A stretch of DNA of 64,000 nucleotides from a virus, in IMG/VR virus record IMGVR_UViG_3300045988_126619, positions 32,001 to 96,000 of that record; one strand, given 5' to 3'. Shown piece by piece: positions 1 through 10,622 of the stretch (the stretch's first letter is position 1; each line of letters starts with the position of its first letter). The notes under the pieces are model-generated. The model saw nothing but the letters and a program-made list of their open reading frames with translations. It was not told the DNA's origin and did not search any database. The translations under genes were made by a program, and so were the position numbers.

Positions 1-1006
1 GTTTTTCTAATTCTGCCTTTTCAGCTTTAACTGTTGCATATTCTGTGTTTAATGAATTATATTTTTCTTCAAAATTTTCTTCATTTTCCATAGTCTTCTT
101 TTTCTTTTTAGTTCCACAGGCAAATTCTTCTTCTGTAGATTCTTCTGCTGAATCGTCTTCTGCTTCTTCATCTTGTGTATCTTCTTGTTCTTCACCTGTT
201 GGTTCTGCAATTGGCTCTACTGGACTATTTGATTCTTCATCCTTGTTGTCTTCAACTGGTGCTTCTTTTGGTTCTTCAACAGGTTCATTTACTGGTGCAA
301 CATTTTCATCCTCTTGTGCAGATTTCTTAGCTTTTGACATTGGTTCAATTCCTCCTTCTGTTATATAATTATCTAGTGCTTTTAACATTTCTTCATATTC
401 TAATTTAAATTGTTCGTTTTTTGAATATTTAGAATCAACTTTAACTTTTCCACAATTAAAGGCAGGAATAACTCCATTTCCTAAAATACAAAGTGCTGAA
501 AAGTTAAAATCTCGCACTTCGATATATCCATCTCTATTTTCATAACTATCAATAGTTATTTCCATAGATTGAGAATTTTTATTAGCCATTAATCTATTAA
601 TTGCTTCTGGATTTCTTTCTTTCCAAAAATAACAGTCAACAGCTAATACATCACGGATTTCTCCATCTTCCATACAAACTTTTTCCCATCTTGAAGTTCC
701 TGCTATTACAGTACCATAAGGTATAGTCAAGACTTCTTCTTTAAGATTACCTTCTTCATCAAAGTAATAATCTATTGCATGGTCTTGGAAATCTCCATCA
801 ATGTAATATCCTATTACTGGTAAATAGTCTAATCCATATCGTGCCTTATCAACATATTCTTTCACAAACTTAGTTCTGTTCGCAATTTGTACACAATCTA
901 ATATATAGATAGTCCCTCTTACAAACGTCTTATTTACTGTTTGTCCAGTTTCTTGAGGTATAGAATAACGATAAGTATTAATATGCTTCTTTTCTTTCTT
1001 ATTCAA
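1..1006 (-). CDS. head scaffolding / prohead-associated protein (partial, 3' end runs off window)
   Basis: Minus-strand frame open from TTG at 1006 (AGGAGG 8 nt upstream) to the window edge. Absent from the ORF track because there is no stop in the window. Globular N-part, acidic linker, then coiled-coil EKYNSLNTEYATVKAEKAELEK. Lies just downstream of the portal gene. Confidence 0.45.
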   Translation of the reverse strand, partial: MNKKEKKHINTYRYSIPQETGQTVNKTFVRGTIYILDCVQIANRTKFVKEYVDKARYGLDYLPVIGYYIDGDFQDHAIDYYFDEEGNLKEEVLTIPYGTVIAGTSRWEKVCMEDGEIRDVLAVDCYFWKERNPEAINRLMANKNSQSMEITIDSYENRDGYIEVRDFNFSALCILGNGVIPAFNCGKVKVDSKYSKNEQFKLEYEEMLKALDNYITEGGIEPMSKAKKSAQEDENVAPVNEPVEEPKEAPVEDNKDEESNSPVEPIAEPTGEEQEDTQDEEAEDDSAEESTEEEFACGTKKKKKTMENEENFEEKYNSLNTEYATVKAEKAELEK

Positions 1007-1018
1007 TATCTCACCTCC

Positions 1019-1204
1019 TTAATAAAGCATTTTATTAGTATAAGCTATTTCATCTTTTGCAAAATTTAATTGTTTTCCTATTTGATTTTGAAATATAAAA
1101 ACCGTCTTACCATTAGGTAAAACGGATTCTTTCATTAGATTATATCCTTGTGCTATTAATTTATTTTTAATATCTTCTTTAAAGCACATTATAAAGTTAT
1201 CCAA
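1019..1204 (-). CDS. hypothetical small protein
   Basis: ORF track; tightly packed between the portal and scaffold-like genes on the same strand. Confidence 0.5.
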   Translation of the reverse strand: MDNFIMCFKEDIKNKLIAQGYNLMKESVLPNGKTVFIFQNQIGKQLNFAKDEIAYTNKMLY

Positions 1205-1216
1205 TCATATCACCTC

Positions 1217-2752
1217 TTATACTTTGGTAGCTTCACTACCTTCATTGTCTTCATTTGATTCACTTTCCTCGTTAGGTCTACCTCTTGTTTTCTTATCTTT
1301 ATTATCTGTACCAAAATCATCACCTGCTGTTGTGAAGCTTGATTGTAATGGTCTTAATTTATTTACCAAGTCTAATATATCATTTTCTAATAATAAAATA
1401 CCTAACACTTCACTCGGAGAATGTCCTTTCATGGCAAATAATTCTAGTCTACTTACAATACCATATTGTGCCATATTTAAAGCCATAGCTATTTCTTCAT
1501 CTTTATTAAATTCTGTGAGGAATGGTAATTTTACTTTAAAGATATTACTCTTATTTGTTCCACCTATACGTTTTGTCTTTCGTGTTAAAACATTAGCTAT
1601 TTGTTCAAAAATATTCTTTATTCTATTTTGGTCAACTAATGTTGAATACTTTAACCCCGAACCAGTTCTAATACCAGTTCCCATCATTGTATTTGATACT
1701 GTTGATGCGTTCCAAAATGATTTTTCTGCTTCCTCTAATGTTGTTAAATTTGTGTTACTATTTGTAAAAGATATTGGTGTGACCTTTATGGGTGATATGA
1801 AAGGTGTGATAAAATCTCCACAGACTTGTGTTAAAAAATCATAATATTCACTCACCATTTCTGGATTAACAGTAAATTTATTCATTTCTCCATCTTTTCC
1901 ATTAGTTTCCATCTCTAAGGCTAAGAATTGATAATTTGACATTTCATTCTTTGCTTTATTAATGCTCTTATAGTCTTGCATATCCATTATGTCAGAAAAT
2001 AAATTAGCATATGGTGGAAAATCAATATATGGTGTATTTAATTCTGGAAAATATCTTAAACATATTTGTTTATCGGGATTCAATCTTTGCCATCTATAAT
2101 TTCCTTTATCCTTTTTATATTTATTATAAAGTGTTTTAAATTCTTCGGGATAAGATTCTATTAATAATACATTATCTTGTCCTTTTCTTGAATCAAAATA
2201 TGTAAAATCAAATTCATATACCCAACAGCCATCTATACTACCATATACTCTACAGTACCTTGGGTCTAAATGTTTTATATTATAGCTATCTTCTGTTTCA
2301 ATTTCATAACCATAAAAAACACCATTCAATATAGTATTAGCTAGTGCTTTTCGGTATTCGATATCTACATTCATTTTTTCTATTTCATAACAAACTTTTT
2401 CCCAATCACTTTTTATTTTATTATTTCCACCACCTGTCTTTACTGGTAATACATATGGTGTTAAATAAGGCATATCATAAAAATATTTAACTAATGCTTG
2501 ATACTGTGGTACTGCAATATACATATTTAATGATAAGTCTAATAATTGTTTTTTATATCTTACAGGATTTTCTAAAAATTCTTTTATCATATCCTTATCT
2601 AAATCAATCATTCTTTTCTTTGTAGCATCTATAGAAAAATCACTTGCTAAACTTTTTAAAGCTACTGAATATCTGCTTTTTGCTTTATTTAAAGCTTTAT
2701 TCATTCTTTCTTCTGCTATTTCCTGTGGGGATTTTGCTCTTGTTGTTTTCAA
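1217..2752 (-). CDS. phage portal protein (SPP1 gp6-like)
   Basis: 511 aa, immediately downstream of the large terminase. Size, order and acidic C-terminal tail are typical of portal proteins. Confidence 0.8.
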   Translation of the reverse strand: MKTTRAKSPQEIAEERMNKALNKAKSRYSVALKSLASDFSIDATKKRMIDLDKDMIKEFLENPVRYKKQLLDLSLNMYIAVPQYQALVKYFYDMPYLTPYVLPVKTGGGNNKIKSDWEKVCYEIEKMNVDIEYRKALANTILNGVFYGYEIETEDSYNIKHLDPRYCRVYGSIDGCWVYEFDFTYFDSRKGQDNVLLIESYPEEFKTLYNKYKKDKGNYRWQRLNPDKQICLRYFPELNTPYIDFPPYANLFSDIMDMQDYKSINKAKNEMSNYQFLALEMETNGKDGEMNKFTVNPEMVSEYYDFLTQVCGDFITPFISPIKVTPISFTNSNTNLTTLEEAEKSFWNASTVSNTMMGTGIRTGSGLKYSTLVDQNRIKNIFEQIANVLTRKTKRIGGTNKSNIFKVKLPFLTEFNKDEEIAMALNMAQYGIVSRLELFAMKGHSPSEVLGILLLENDILDLVNKLRPLQSSFTTAGDDFGTDNKDKKTRGRPNEESESNEDNEGSEATKV

Positions 2753-2773
2753 AGATATCGCACCTCCAATCTT

Positions 2774-4544
2774 TTATCTTATTCTTTGTTTTGTAAATCT
2801 AAATAATTTTGAAGTATCAAAAGTCGTTTCCTTTTTAGGTCTTAACTCTTGCTCTAATATTTTCGCTATATATATTCCATATCCAATACTAGAATATCTA
2901 TCTTTTCTCTTTGACGATGGCTCGATAAGTTTTATTAAACCATTTGTTTGATTATCAACTTGTTCAAGATTTATCATTTCATTTATTAATAATGTAGTCT
3001 GAACATATGGTGAAAGATATTTCATTTGTTCTTCTTTTGGCATCTTATTAAATTCATCTATTTCACAGAATTTACCTCTACCATCATTTTCACTCATAAG
3101 TAATCTTAAACTACCTCTTTTTAATTCATCTCTAACAAATACGTGCATTTGGCTATTAAGTTTAGCATCTGCTTTTATTGAATAGATTACCTTTGGAGCA
3201 TCTTCAACAAAACATCTGCTTGCCATTTCTTCATCATTTATACAACTTACTGCATCGTATGAAATACCAGTTTCAGTATCATAAAGATTTGTAACTAACT
3301 GGTCAAAAACTCCAAGTCCTAAACCGTTACTATCAATTACGATATAATCACATTGGAACTCTTCAAAAAGTTTTCTTATTCTAATAGCCTGTGCTGTAGA
3401 ATGTCCACCTTCATAACTTTCCATGTAAACTATACGCTTCTCATATGATGTATGTGATTTATTTGGAATTAAACATATGATAGAATATACACTAGCATCG
3501 TTATTATTCTTTTTAGAACTCATACCAGATATATCGCATGATATAAGTCTTATTTCTCCTAAGAGTTTCTTTGGTTTCTTAAAGTTCTTTGATTTTAGAA
3601 CTTCATACATTTCATTAGGATATATTGCTTCATTTAATACCCTATTCTTTTCTAAGTCAACATATTTGAAGAAAGCTTTTTCGGATTCACCATAGAACAT
3701 AGCATCCATTTCCATCAGCCACGAAATTTCGTCAAAATCGTCTTCTGACATTTCTTCTTCAACTTGTCTTCTCATTAATAGTCCTTCTTTTATTGCCATT
3801 TGATAAGGTAAAGAACACACAAAGTATCCTTTTTGCCTTAGCATATTTTTAAAGAAGGCTTTACACTTATCCCAAGACCAATCATGTTTATAATAAGCTG
3901 AACTTAAATATAATTCCTTATTTGGTTCTTGTAAATGAGCATATTCTTTCTTTTGTAAATATCTTGGAGTTCTTGGAGCAGTCATAAATTTTTTTAAAAC
4001 AGTATCTACTATTGATTTTTGCACCATACGATACTCGTCTACAATAATTATGTTCGCTCTTTTGCTCCTCGCATTTTGCGTAGAAGCAACGCAACGCATC
4101 CAACTTCCATTTTTAAATGTTACCCTTGCATCATTTGAACCTGTTTTTAATTCATCTATTTCCCTATCCAACATAGGACTATCATTTCGGAGGTCTACTA
4201 TCTTTTCCAGTATCTCAATAGACTGTGACTTGACACCCGCTGATATAATAATCTTTGTACCGTGGATACAAAATACATCTCACGCAACAGAATATAGCAG
4301 TTAAAAACGTCTTACCTTGCCCCCTTGAGGCGATATAAATGAAGTGCTGACTTATATTCATAGCATATATCAACACTATTTGGAAAGGTTTTAACATTAT
4401 ACTTAAATGGTCTTTACAAAATAAATGTGGAAACAATCTATAAAAAGATGTCCACAATCCTATTCCTTGCATTAATTTTTCAGACTTTGTTAAATTGTCC
4501 ATTTTACTAGCTTTATTTTTAGTTTTGATTTCTACTTTTGCCAT
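2774..4544 (-). pseudogene. terL: terminase large subunit, reading frame broken near 4272 (needs +1 shift)
   Basis: ORF 4215..4544 carries Walker A ASRGQGKTF. The +1 frame is open from 4289 and continues ...GTKIIIISAGVKSQSIEILEKI... into ORF 2774..4174, which has Walker B IIIVDEY and the nuclease half. One extra nt sits in CCA-C-GGT. Confidence 0.8.
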
Positions 4545-4585
4545 AATTTATCTTTCCTTTTTTGTAAACGTTTTCAATAAAAAAA

Positions 4586-5551
4586 CTAAAAATCATCTAT
4601 TTCGATGTCTTCATCATCGTAATCTTCATCATCATATGTAGGTTTCATTACTGTATACTTATCCATTTCTTCTAAGTATTCATCTTCATATGGACACTTA
4701 ACACCCATCATCCTACATAGATTTCCTAAAAACCAAACTAGCATATAATGTACCCAATTAACTTTTTGCCACTCTTCAAGTGGTTCTGGAATAGGTTTTT
4801 CATTTTCATATTTCTTTATTAATGTTCCCATTGTTACTTGTTCACTAGCCATAGTTGCTGATTCTTGGCTAGGTTTCATATTAGCTGAACCAAACAAGTT
4901 TTGTAATGTTGCTAATTCTTTATCAACACTCTTACCTGCTCGTCTTAGCTTATCTACAGTTAATCTTTGTTCTGCAATTTCCATAAAGAATGTTTCTGTA
5001 GAATAACCATCGGGTTCACCATAAGTCCTAATCATCTTATGATATTCTTTATCTAAGAATCTATAATCTTCGGGTGAACGATTTTCTCCCCAAAATTCAA
5101 TAAGATTTTCGTCAACCCCATCTGTATTTTGAATAGTTATTCCCATTCTTTCTAATTCGTCAGATGAATCAAAATCATCTCCAACACCTTGTTTAGCACC
5201 TATAGAATTTAACTTAGTAAAATATATTTGCCAAGCAGGTGTTCCTACTGCTCTTTTAGAGTTTTGTAACTCACTTAATGTTGCATCAACACATGATTGA
5301 TTGAAACACACATTTAATGCTCTACACATATAATATAAAGCTGTCTTTATATCTGCATAGTAATTAAAATACTTATCATAAATCTTACCAACACATTCTT
5401 TACATACAGGCAATTTTTCATAAGCACTATATATATCGGCATTAGATTTATAATAATATCTCTCTGTCTTTTCAGTACCACAACATACACATTTTATTAA
5501 TTTAGATGTTAATGTAGTTTTTGTGGTCTTTTTCTTTGTAGTTGTTGCCAT
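4586..5551 (-). CDS. putative terminase small subunit / zinc-ribbon DNA-recognition protein
   Basis: Position directly upstream of terL; N-terminal basic tail and CVCCG..CKEC zinc-ribbon; acidic C terminus. Confidence 0.35.
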   Translation of the reverse strand: MATTTKKKTTKTTLTSKLIKCVCCGTEKTERYYYKSNADIYSAYEKLPVCKECVGKIYDKYFNYYADIKTALYYMCRALNVCFNQSCVDATLSELQNSKRAVGTPAWQIYFTKLNSIGAKQGVGDDFDSSDELERMGITIQNTDGVDENLIEFWGENRSPEDYRFLDKEYHKMIRTYGEPDGYSTETFFMEIAEQRLTVDKLRRAGKSVDKELATLQNLFGSANMKPSQESATMASEQVTMGTLIKKYENEKPIPEPLEEWQKVNWVHYMLVWFLGNLCRMMGVKCPYEDEYLEEMDKYTVMKPTYDDEDYDDEDIEIDDF

Positions 5552-5615
5552 AAAATAATCTCCCCTTTTTATATTTTATGACCTAAATAATTCAATAACT
5601 TTTGTTAGATTTACT

Positions 5616-5879
5616 TTATCTTACTATCGCTTTATTTTCCCATTTCTTATAAGCATCAAAATACATAACATTCTTATCTCCATTATAAGTACATTCATAA
5701 TACATACCATCAAATAGAGTAGTGCTTAATAACGCCTTATTATTTTGTAAAGCCTTACAACTCCATACTACAAACACATCGTCTTCTGTAATATTTTTAT
5801 TATCAGACTTATCCAAATGGTCATTAGTATAATTACATATTTCTTGCTTACACCAATTTAAAAATTCCTTTTCATTCAT
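5616..5879 (-). CDS. hypothetical protein
   Basis: ORF track, AGGAG-type RBS, same-strand block. Confidence 0.6.
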   Translation of the reverse strand: MNEKEFLNWCKQEICNYTNDHLDKSDNKNITEDDVFVVWSCKALQNNKALLSTTLFDGMYYECTYNGDKNVMYFDAYKKWENKAIVR

Positions 5880-5902
5880 ATAAATACTCCTTTTAAAACC
5901 AA

Positions 5903-6364
5903 CTAAATTGTTTCTTCTTCTTCAACAGTTTCATAATTATTAGATTTACTTCTTACTTCTTCTAAAGCTTTTTTAATAGCATCTCTGATAGTTAATTTAA
6001 AGCATAAAGTTTTTGCTTCGGCTACCTTTTCTTTTGTATCTAATACTGAACCTAATTCTTCATCTTTTATCATTTTAGTTGCTATTGAAAAATCAACTTT
6101 TAAATCTTTGTCAATTTTAACAACCTTATTGTTTAATTTAAGCTTAATTGTTTCTCCGCTGTCCTTATCTTCTATTACGTCACCTTTACTATCTACAGAA
6201 AATTTACCTTCAAAAGTTAAATCCTTATATTCTATAGAAGTAGGAAAATTGATTAACATAGCTTCTTCTTCATTAGGTAAAATATCTACATTTCCTAATT
6301 CTTTGCATTTAACAGTCATATAAAAGACATTATTTTTAATATCCTTTTCGTATGATAAAACCAT
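5903..6364 (-). CDS. hypothetical protein
   Basis: ORF track, RBS GGAGGAAT upstream. Confidence 0.6.
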   Translation of the reverse strand: MVLSYEKDIKNNVFYMTVKCKELGNVDILPNEEEAMLINFPTSIEYKDLTFEGKFSVDSKGDVIEDKDSGETIKLKLNNKVVKIDKDLKVDFSIATKMIKDEELGSVLDTKEKVAEAKTLCFKLTIRDAIKKALEEVRSKSNNYETVEEEETI

Positions 6365-6386
6365 TGTAATTCCTCCTATAATAATA

Positions 6387-6659
6387 TTATTGTTGTTGTA
6401 AATTAATTTCTTTGCATCCCATTACCAGTTTGTATAACTGGTCTTTATCCATAACACATTCAAATTCTACATCCTCGAATTGCGTATCAAAGATATATAA
6501 CTTTGCAGTATTATCTTTTAGTAATTCAATTGCACAAGCTTTTGTACCTTGCATCTTTAATACAATCTTTTTCGCTTCTCTATTATTTTCAGAAGTATAA
6601 AGACGAATCATTTCTCCTTCTTTAAGTTCTGAAATATTCAATAAATTTCCAGTAAACAT
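6387..6659 (-). CDS. hypothetical protein
   Basis: ORF track, RBS AAGGAGG upstream. Confidence 0.55.
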   Translation of the reverse strand: MFTGNLLNISELKEGEMIRLYTSENNREAKKIVLKMQGTKACAIELLKDNTAKLYIFDTQFEDVEFECVMDKDQLYKLVMGCKEINLQQQ

Positions 6660-6717
6660 TTACATAAAACCTCCTTAATATATTTATATACATAAATAGA
6701 ACAGAATTAATCCTGTC

Positions 6718-7515
6718 CTATTCATTCACAACACATAGGTTTAGTTTATCAATGATATAATCTACACCTTTTCTAGTTAAATATGTTTTGCTATTGGCAT
6801 ATTTACAATTGATAGCTTTTACTTCGAAAATACCTTGTTCTAAATATTTTCTATATGGAACGTTTTTATTTTCTCCATTCTTCTGTAAATAGCCATTTTC
6901 TCTAAGCATATTAAACATATCATTTTGACCAACTCCTACAATAGCACCAAATGTTCTTATATTCATTAATCCGTCCGAATTAATATACTCGTCCCATTTT
7001 GAACTTTTTTCACCTTCAATTAAAAGCTGTTCTTCTAATTGTTTATTTTGTTTTATTGCTGTAAAGTAAGCTATTGCTCTATCTTCTTCGCTCATATTAA
7101 GATATCCAGTTAATGCAGAATTGTTAGCATTAATTAATTTTTGTTCAAGTTCATTTATATATTCAATTGTCTTTGCTCTCACAATAGCTGATTCTGAATT
7201 TAACATTTGTAACATACCATCACGGTTTAAACTAAAACATGGCTGTTCTTTATTTTGTTTATTGATATATGACGACTCCAAAATATTTTGGTGTCCTTCT
7301 AAACCTAGTGTTTCCAATACTTCTAGTTCTTTTCTAATTTTAGTCATAAAACTATCATGTCTTAATTCAACATACTTGTCTTTCTTATTTAATCCTTTTT
7401 CTTTTAATATTTCAAATTCTTCTTCTCTAAATTGATTAATAATTTCAACCAATTCTACACTTGTAATTCTTAATTCTTTTGTTTGTTCTGTAATTTCCAA
7501 TAATTCCTTAGACAT
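6718..7515 (-). CDS. phage antirepressor (Rha-like N domain + KilAC C domain)
   Basis: N-terminal ITSVELVEIINQFREEE resembles Rha. C-terminal LMNIRTFGAIVGVGQNDMFNMLRENGYLQ...YRKYLEQGIFEVK resembles KilAC. Confidence 0.7.
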   Translation of the reverse strand: MSKELLEITEQTKELRITSVELVEIINQFREEEFEILKEKGLNKKDKYVELRHDSFMTKIRKELEVLETLGLEGHQNILESSYINKQNKEQPCFSLNRDGMLQMLNSESAIVRAKTIEYINELEQKLINANNSALTGYLNMSEEDRAIAYFTAIKQNKQLEEQLLIEGEKSSKWDEYINSDGLMNIRTFGAIVGVGQNDMFNMLRENGYLQKNGENKNVPYRKYLEQGIFEVKAINCKYANSKTYLTRKGVDYIIDKLNLCVVNE

Positions 7516-7702
7516 TTCTTTTCCTCTTTTCTATATAAATTTTTTGTGGGATTTATATAGATTCATATAAATCCTTATGACAGGAGCAAAACCCCACATA
7601 TTCTACTCTCTGTCAATGTCTAAGAATAGAACAGTTTTACTGCTCTCATAAAGATTTATATTGTTTATTTTGTGTTTGTATTGAATACTCTATTGTAAAT
7701 TA

Positions 7703-7731
7703 ATTATAACATATCATTTATTTTATGTCAA
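7703..7731 (-). promoter_or_regulatory. sigmaA-type promoter carrying the conserved motif
   Basis: TTGACA-17-TATAAT on the minus strand; the spacer holds AAAATAAATGATA. A second motif variant sits at 7659-7674. Confidence 0.6.
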
Positions 7732-7783
7732 CTATTTTTTTATATGATGTAGGGAAGAAATTCCTCCCTACATATTTGTATCT

Positions 7784-8125
7784 CTAAATTGTTCCACTTA
7801 CTTGTTGTTGTATTGCTCCAAGTTTTGCAACTTCTACGTTATTTTTAGAAGTAGATTCATTAATACATATAGCGTGAGCCATATCTTCTTCCATTCCTGC
7901 ACTAATTAAAGCTAAATACATTCCTGCATATCTTGAACCAATTTTAGCACCTTCTGCTAATTCCTTAACATCATAAGCTAATCCTCTTAAATTAGTTGTA
8001 TCCATACATGGAATTTCAGCTAATTTCTTAACTATTTCAACTAATTCTTCTTGTGAGTAATCTTCTAAATCTCTAGGCATTTCTTTTACTTTTTCTTCTA
8101 CTTGTTTATTATTTTCTCTTTCCAT
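7784..8125 (-). CDS. hypothetical protein
   Basis: ORF track; followed by hairpin GTAGGGAAGAAATTCCTCCCTAC at 7750-7772. Confidence 0.6.
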   Translation of the reverse strand: MERENNKQVEEKVKEMPRDLEDYSQEELVEIVKKLAEIPCMDTTNLRGLAYDVKELAEGAKIGSRYAGMYLALISAGMEEDMAHAICINESTSKNNVEVAKLGAIQQQVSGTI

Positions 8126-8137
8126 ATACAGTCACCT

Positions 8138-8713
8138 CTAACACATTATTTTATCTATTACTCCTAATTCTAACGCAGTTTCTGCATCAAAGAAGAAGTT
8201 TTCTTTTCTATCATATATTTCGTTGATACGTTCACGTGGAATTTTTGTAAGCTTTGCATAATAATCAGCGGATTTCTCCCAAAGTTTCTTTTGAAATTCA
8301 ACTTCTCTTTCAAATTCCTTTAGTTCTCCACCTTGTCCAAATGATGTTTGATGTAATAGATATTGACTTAATCCATATCCAATACGTTCATCACAATGAA
8401 TTATTATGTCAAATGCCATTGAATAAGCAATAGATTCAACTACACCAATAACCTTTATTTTATGTTTTTGTAATCTCTTAATATTACCTATAATAGCATT
8501 ACCATGAATAACACTTCCACCATATGAGTTAATTAATAATGTAACTGTTTTTATTTTTTTATCTTTCATTCCTAAACTATCGTAAGATTTATTATTCTCA
8601 ATAATTTTGTTAGCATAATAAGAAACTGCTACTGCCATTTCCTCATTTACTACACCATTTAAATATATTCTGCCTTGATTTGCGGAAGCGTGTTCCATCT
8701 CCATTATATTCAT
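8138..8713 (-). CDS. ClpP-family serine protease
   Basis: INSYGGSV, SIAYSMAFD (Ser) and LLHQTS (His) match the ClpP signatures INSPGGSV / HQP. Confidence 0.75.
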   Translation of the reverse strand: MNIMEMEHASANQGRIYLNGVVNEEMAVAVSYYANKIIENNKSYDSLGMKDKKIKTVTLLINSYGGSVIHGNAIIGNIKRLQKHKIKVIGVVESIAYSMAFDIIIHCDERIGYGLSQYLLHQTSFGQGGELKEFEREVEFQKKLWEKSADYYAKLTKIPRERINEIYDRKENFFFDAETALELGVIDKIMC

Positions 8714-8751
8714 ATTCTTCTACCCATTACCTATAAGGTATCTTTCTTTTT

Positions 8752-9957
8752 TTAATTTAAAACCATTGTATAAGTTTCTGTTATTCCCACATTTTCTTCA
8801 ATCTTAAATAATTTACACATAGCTTTTGAACCAACCATTAACTTATCAGCATAAGGGTCAGAACCTACAAAGCTAGGACATACAACTATTTCAGTATTTC
8901 CATTTAATTCTCCAACACTTAAAGATTGCCCACCATGAAAATGTCCCATAAAGCATAAATCATAAAATCTCTTATGTCTAACAGAAAAATCTTTGATTAC
9001 TTCTTTTATGTTCTTTATTTGATGTCCATGTAGTGTTATAATATTTTGACCACATAAACTGAAAGAATCATAGTCATAAAGAGATAATTTAACTTCTATT
9101 CTCTTATTTTCTGATACTAAATCAGATATATAATTTCCTATAATGTATTCCATATCTTCACTTGGCATTTCATTTGCTTTTGTTCCTAAATATCTGCATT
9201 GAGAGTGATTTGAGTTCATAGTATGTCTATATGTTATATAAACACATTTAGATAATTCATTTAAGAATGTAGCTATTAATCTGCTCACTTCAACTACTGC
9301 ATGAACTACTGGAACATCATTCAATTTAACGTCAGATATTCTTAACATTCCTTGTATAGAATCTCCTAATCCTATAACAGTAATGTGTGAAATTTTATTC
9401 TTTTTCACTATTTGTTTTGTCTTTTCTAATAGTATTTCAAATCTAAGTTTAACTTCATCTCTTGAATAACAATTGTTGTCTGATTCAAAATCAGCATTAT
9501 AATGAATGTCTGATAGTGCTAATAGATATTCTCCATTATTATCATTATGGATTTGAATTTTATCAAACTTTGGAAGTGGTAATGTTTCTATAGCATCCCT
9601 AACATTCTCATAAAACAATTCATATCTTGCATCTTTTGTATTATTTCTATTATATTCTACTTTCGTAGCTTGCATTTTCTTTCTAGCAATATCTAATTCT
9701 TTTATTTTTTCATCTAATTTCTTTAATTCTATTTCGTTACCATTTGTTGCAAACTCTTTTTCCCTGCAATAATATCCTTGATTAAAATTAGTAGCAGGAC
9801 ATCTAACGCTAGATTCTGATAATTGTGTTCCTGTGTTTTCTTTTATAATGTCATAAACCTGCAAATTATTTAAATTTAAATTTTCTTTTAATCTATAACA
9901 TCTAGCTGAATATTCAACAAATGATTCATCTTCTTTCTTAGTTAATCTCTTATCCAT
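8752..9957 (-). CDS. calcineurin-like metallophosphoesterase with N-terminal extension
   Basis: LALSDIHY, GLGDSIQG, TLHGHQ and GHFHGG motifs. Confidence 0.7.
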   Translation of the reverse strand: MDKRLTKKEDESFVEYSARCYRLKENLNLNNLQVYDIIKENTGTQLSESSVRCPATNFNQGYYCREKEFATNGNEIELKKLDEKIKELDIARKKMQATKVEYNRNNTKDARYELFYENVRDAIETLPLPKFDKIQIHNDNNGEYLLALSDIHYNADFESDNNCYSRDEVKLRFEILLEKTKQIVKKNKISHITVIGLGDSIQGMLRISDVKLNDVPVVHAVVEVSRLIATFLNELSKCVYITYRHTMNSNHSQCRYLGTKANEMPSEDMEYIIGNYISDLVSENKRIEVKLSLYDYDSFSLCGQNIITLHGHQIKNIKEVIKDFSVRHKRFYDLCFMGHFHGGQSLSVGELNGNTEIVVCPSFVGSDPYADKLMVGSKAMCKLFKIEENVGITETYTMVLN

Positions 9958-9980
9958 ATTTTTCTCCCCTATTGTTTATC

Positions 9981-10286
9981 TTATTTATAATATGATAAAT
10001 CTATTCTCATTAATCTCTCATTTAAAAATTCTTCATCTACTGCAAACCATTCATGATTATCTAAAATTCTTCTACTATTCAACATTGTATGAAGATGTTT
10101 CTCCAATAATTTATAATTTGAACATTGAATTTTAGTTAAAATCACTAATTCATCATTTATTCCATTAAATTTAAAGGAACGTTGTATTTGCTTAAATCTA
10201 TTGTCTATATTCTTTGAGCATCCAACTTTAATAACCATTTTGTCTTTAGTTGATTTTGTTTTATTTATAATAATATAAACGCCCAT
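9981..10286 (-). CDS. T5orf172 / GIY-YIG-like small nuclease-domain protein
   Basis: MGVYIIIN..IKVGCSKNIDNRFKQIQ pattern. Confidence 0.55.
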   Translation of the reverse strand: MGVYIIINKTKSTKDKMVIKVGCSKNIDNRFKQIQRSFKFNGINDELVILTKIQCSNYKLLEKHLHTMLNSRRILDNHEWFAVDEEFLNERLMRIDLSYYK

Positions 10287-10622
10287 TTTTACTTTCTATT
10301 ATATAAACAAATATTGTATCTATTACAATTTTATATTCAAATGTCCATTAAACAACTTTCTCACCTTTTAATTAATTCACCATTTAAAACCAAATTGATA
10401 AATTGTAATAAATAATTATAACTTGTACTCTAAAAAATAATATATTATTTGTAAGCTGTAACCTGTTATTTTGTCTGCATTACTTTTTCCTAAAAATTTA
10501 TTTTTTTAACTTGTTAGAATTTTACTTTACCTAATATAGTATATGTAAACAAGCTAGGAGCATTTATAAAAACACTCCTATCAAGCTACAGTAACAGAAT
10601 ACAATATTTGTTATAAACTATT

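Noticed and set aside
45-368. 107-aa Ser-rich plus-strand ORF
   Set aside because: Low-complexity mirror of the acidic linker of the minus-strand scaffold-like gene. It has no RBS and is antisense to a better gene.
1224-1844. Long antisense ORFs inside large genes (also 3477-3695, 18341-19006, 20467-20778, 24944-25255, 30239-30619, 33043-33339, 47527-47898, 61086-61547 and similar)
   Set aside because: AT-rich genomes give long spurious frames opposite real genes. These lack RBSs, are Leu/Ile/Phe/Ser-rich, and fully overlap genes with recognisable motifs.
7750-7772. Hairpin GTAGGGAAGAAATTCCTCCCTAC as an intrinsic terminator of the 7784 gene
   Set aside because: A strong stem, but no U-tract follows on the minus strand. 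It may still pause or terminate transcription, so it was left out of the feature list.
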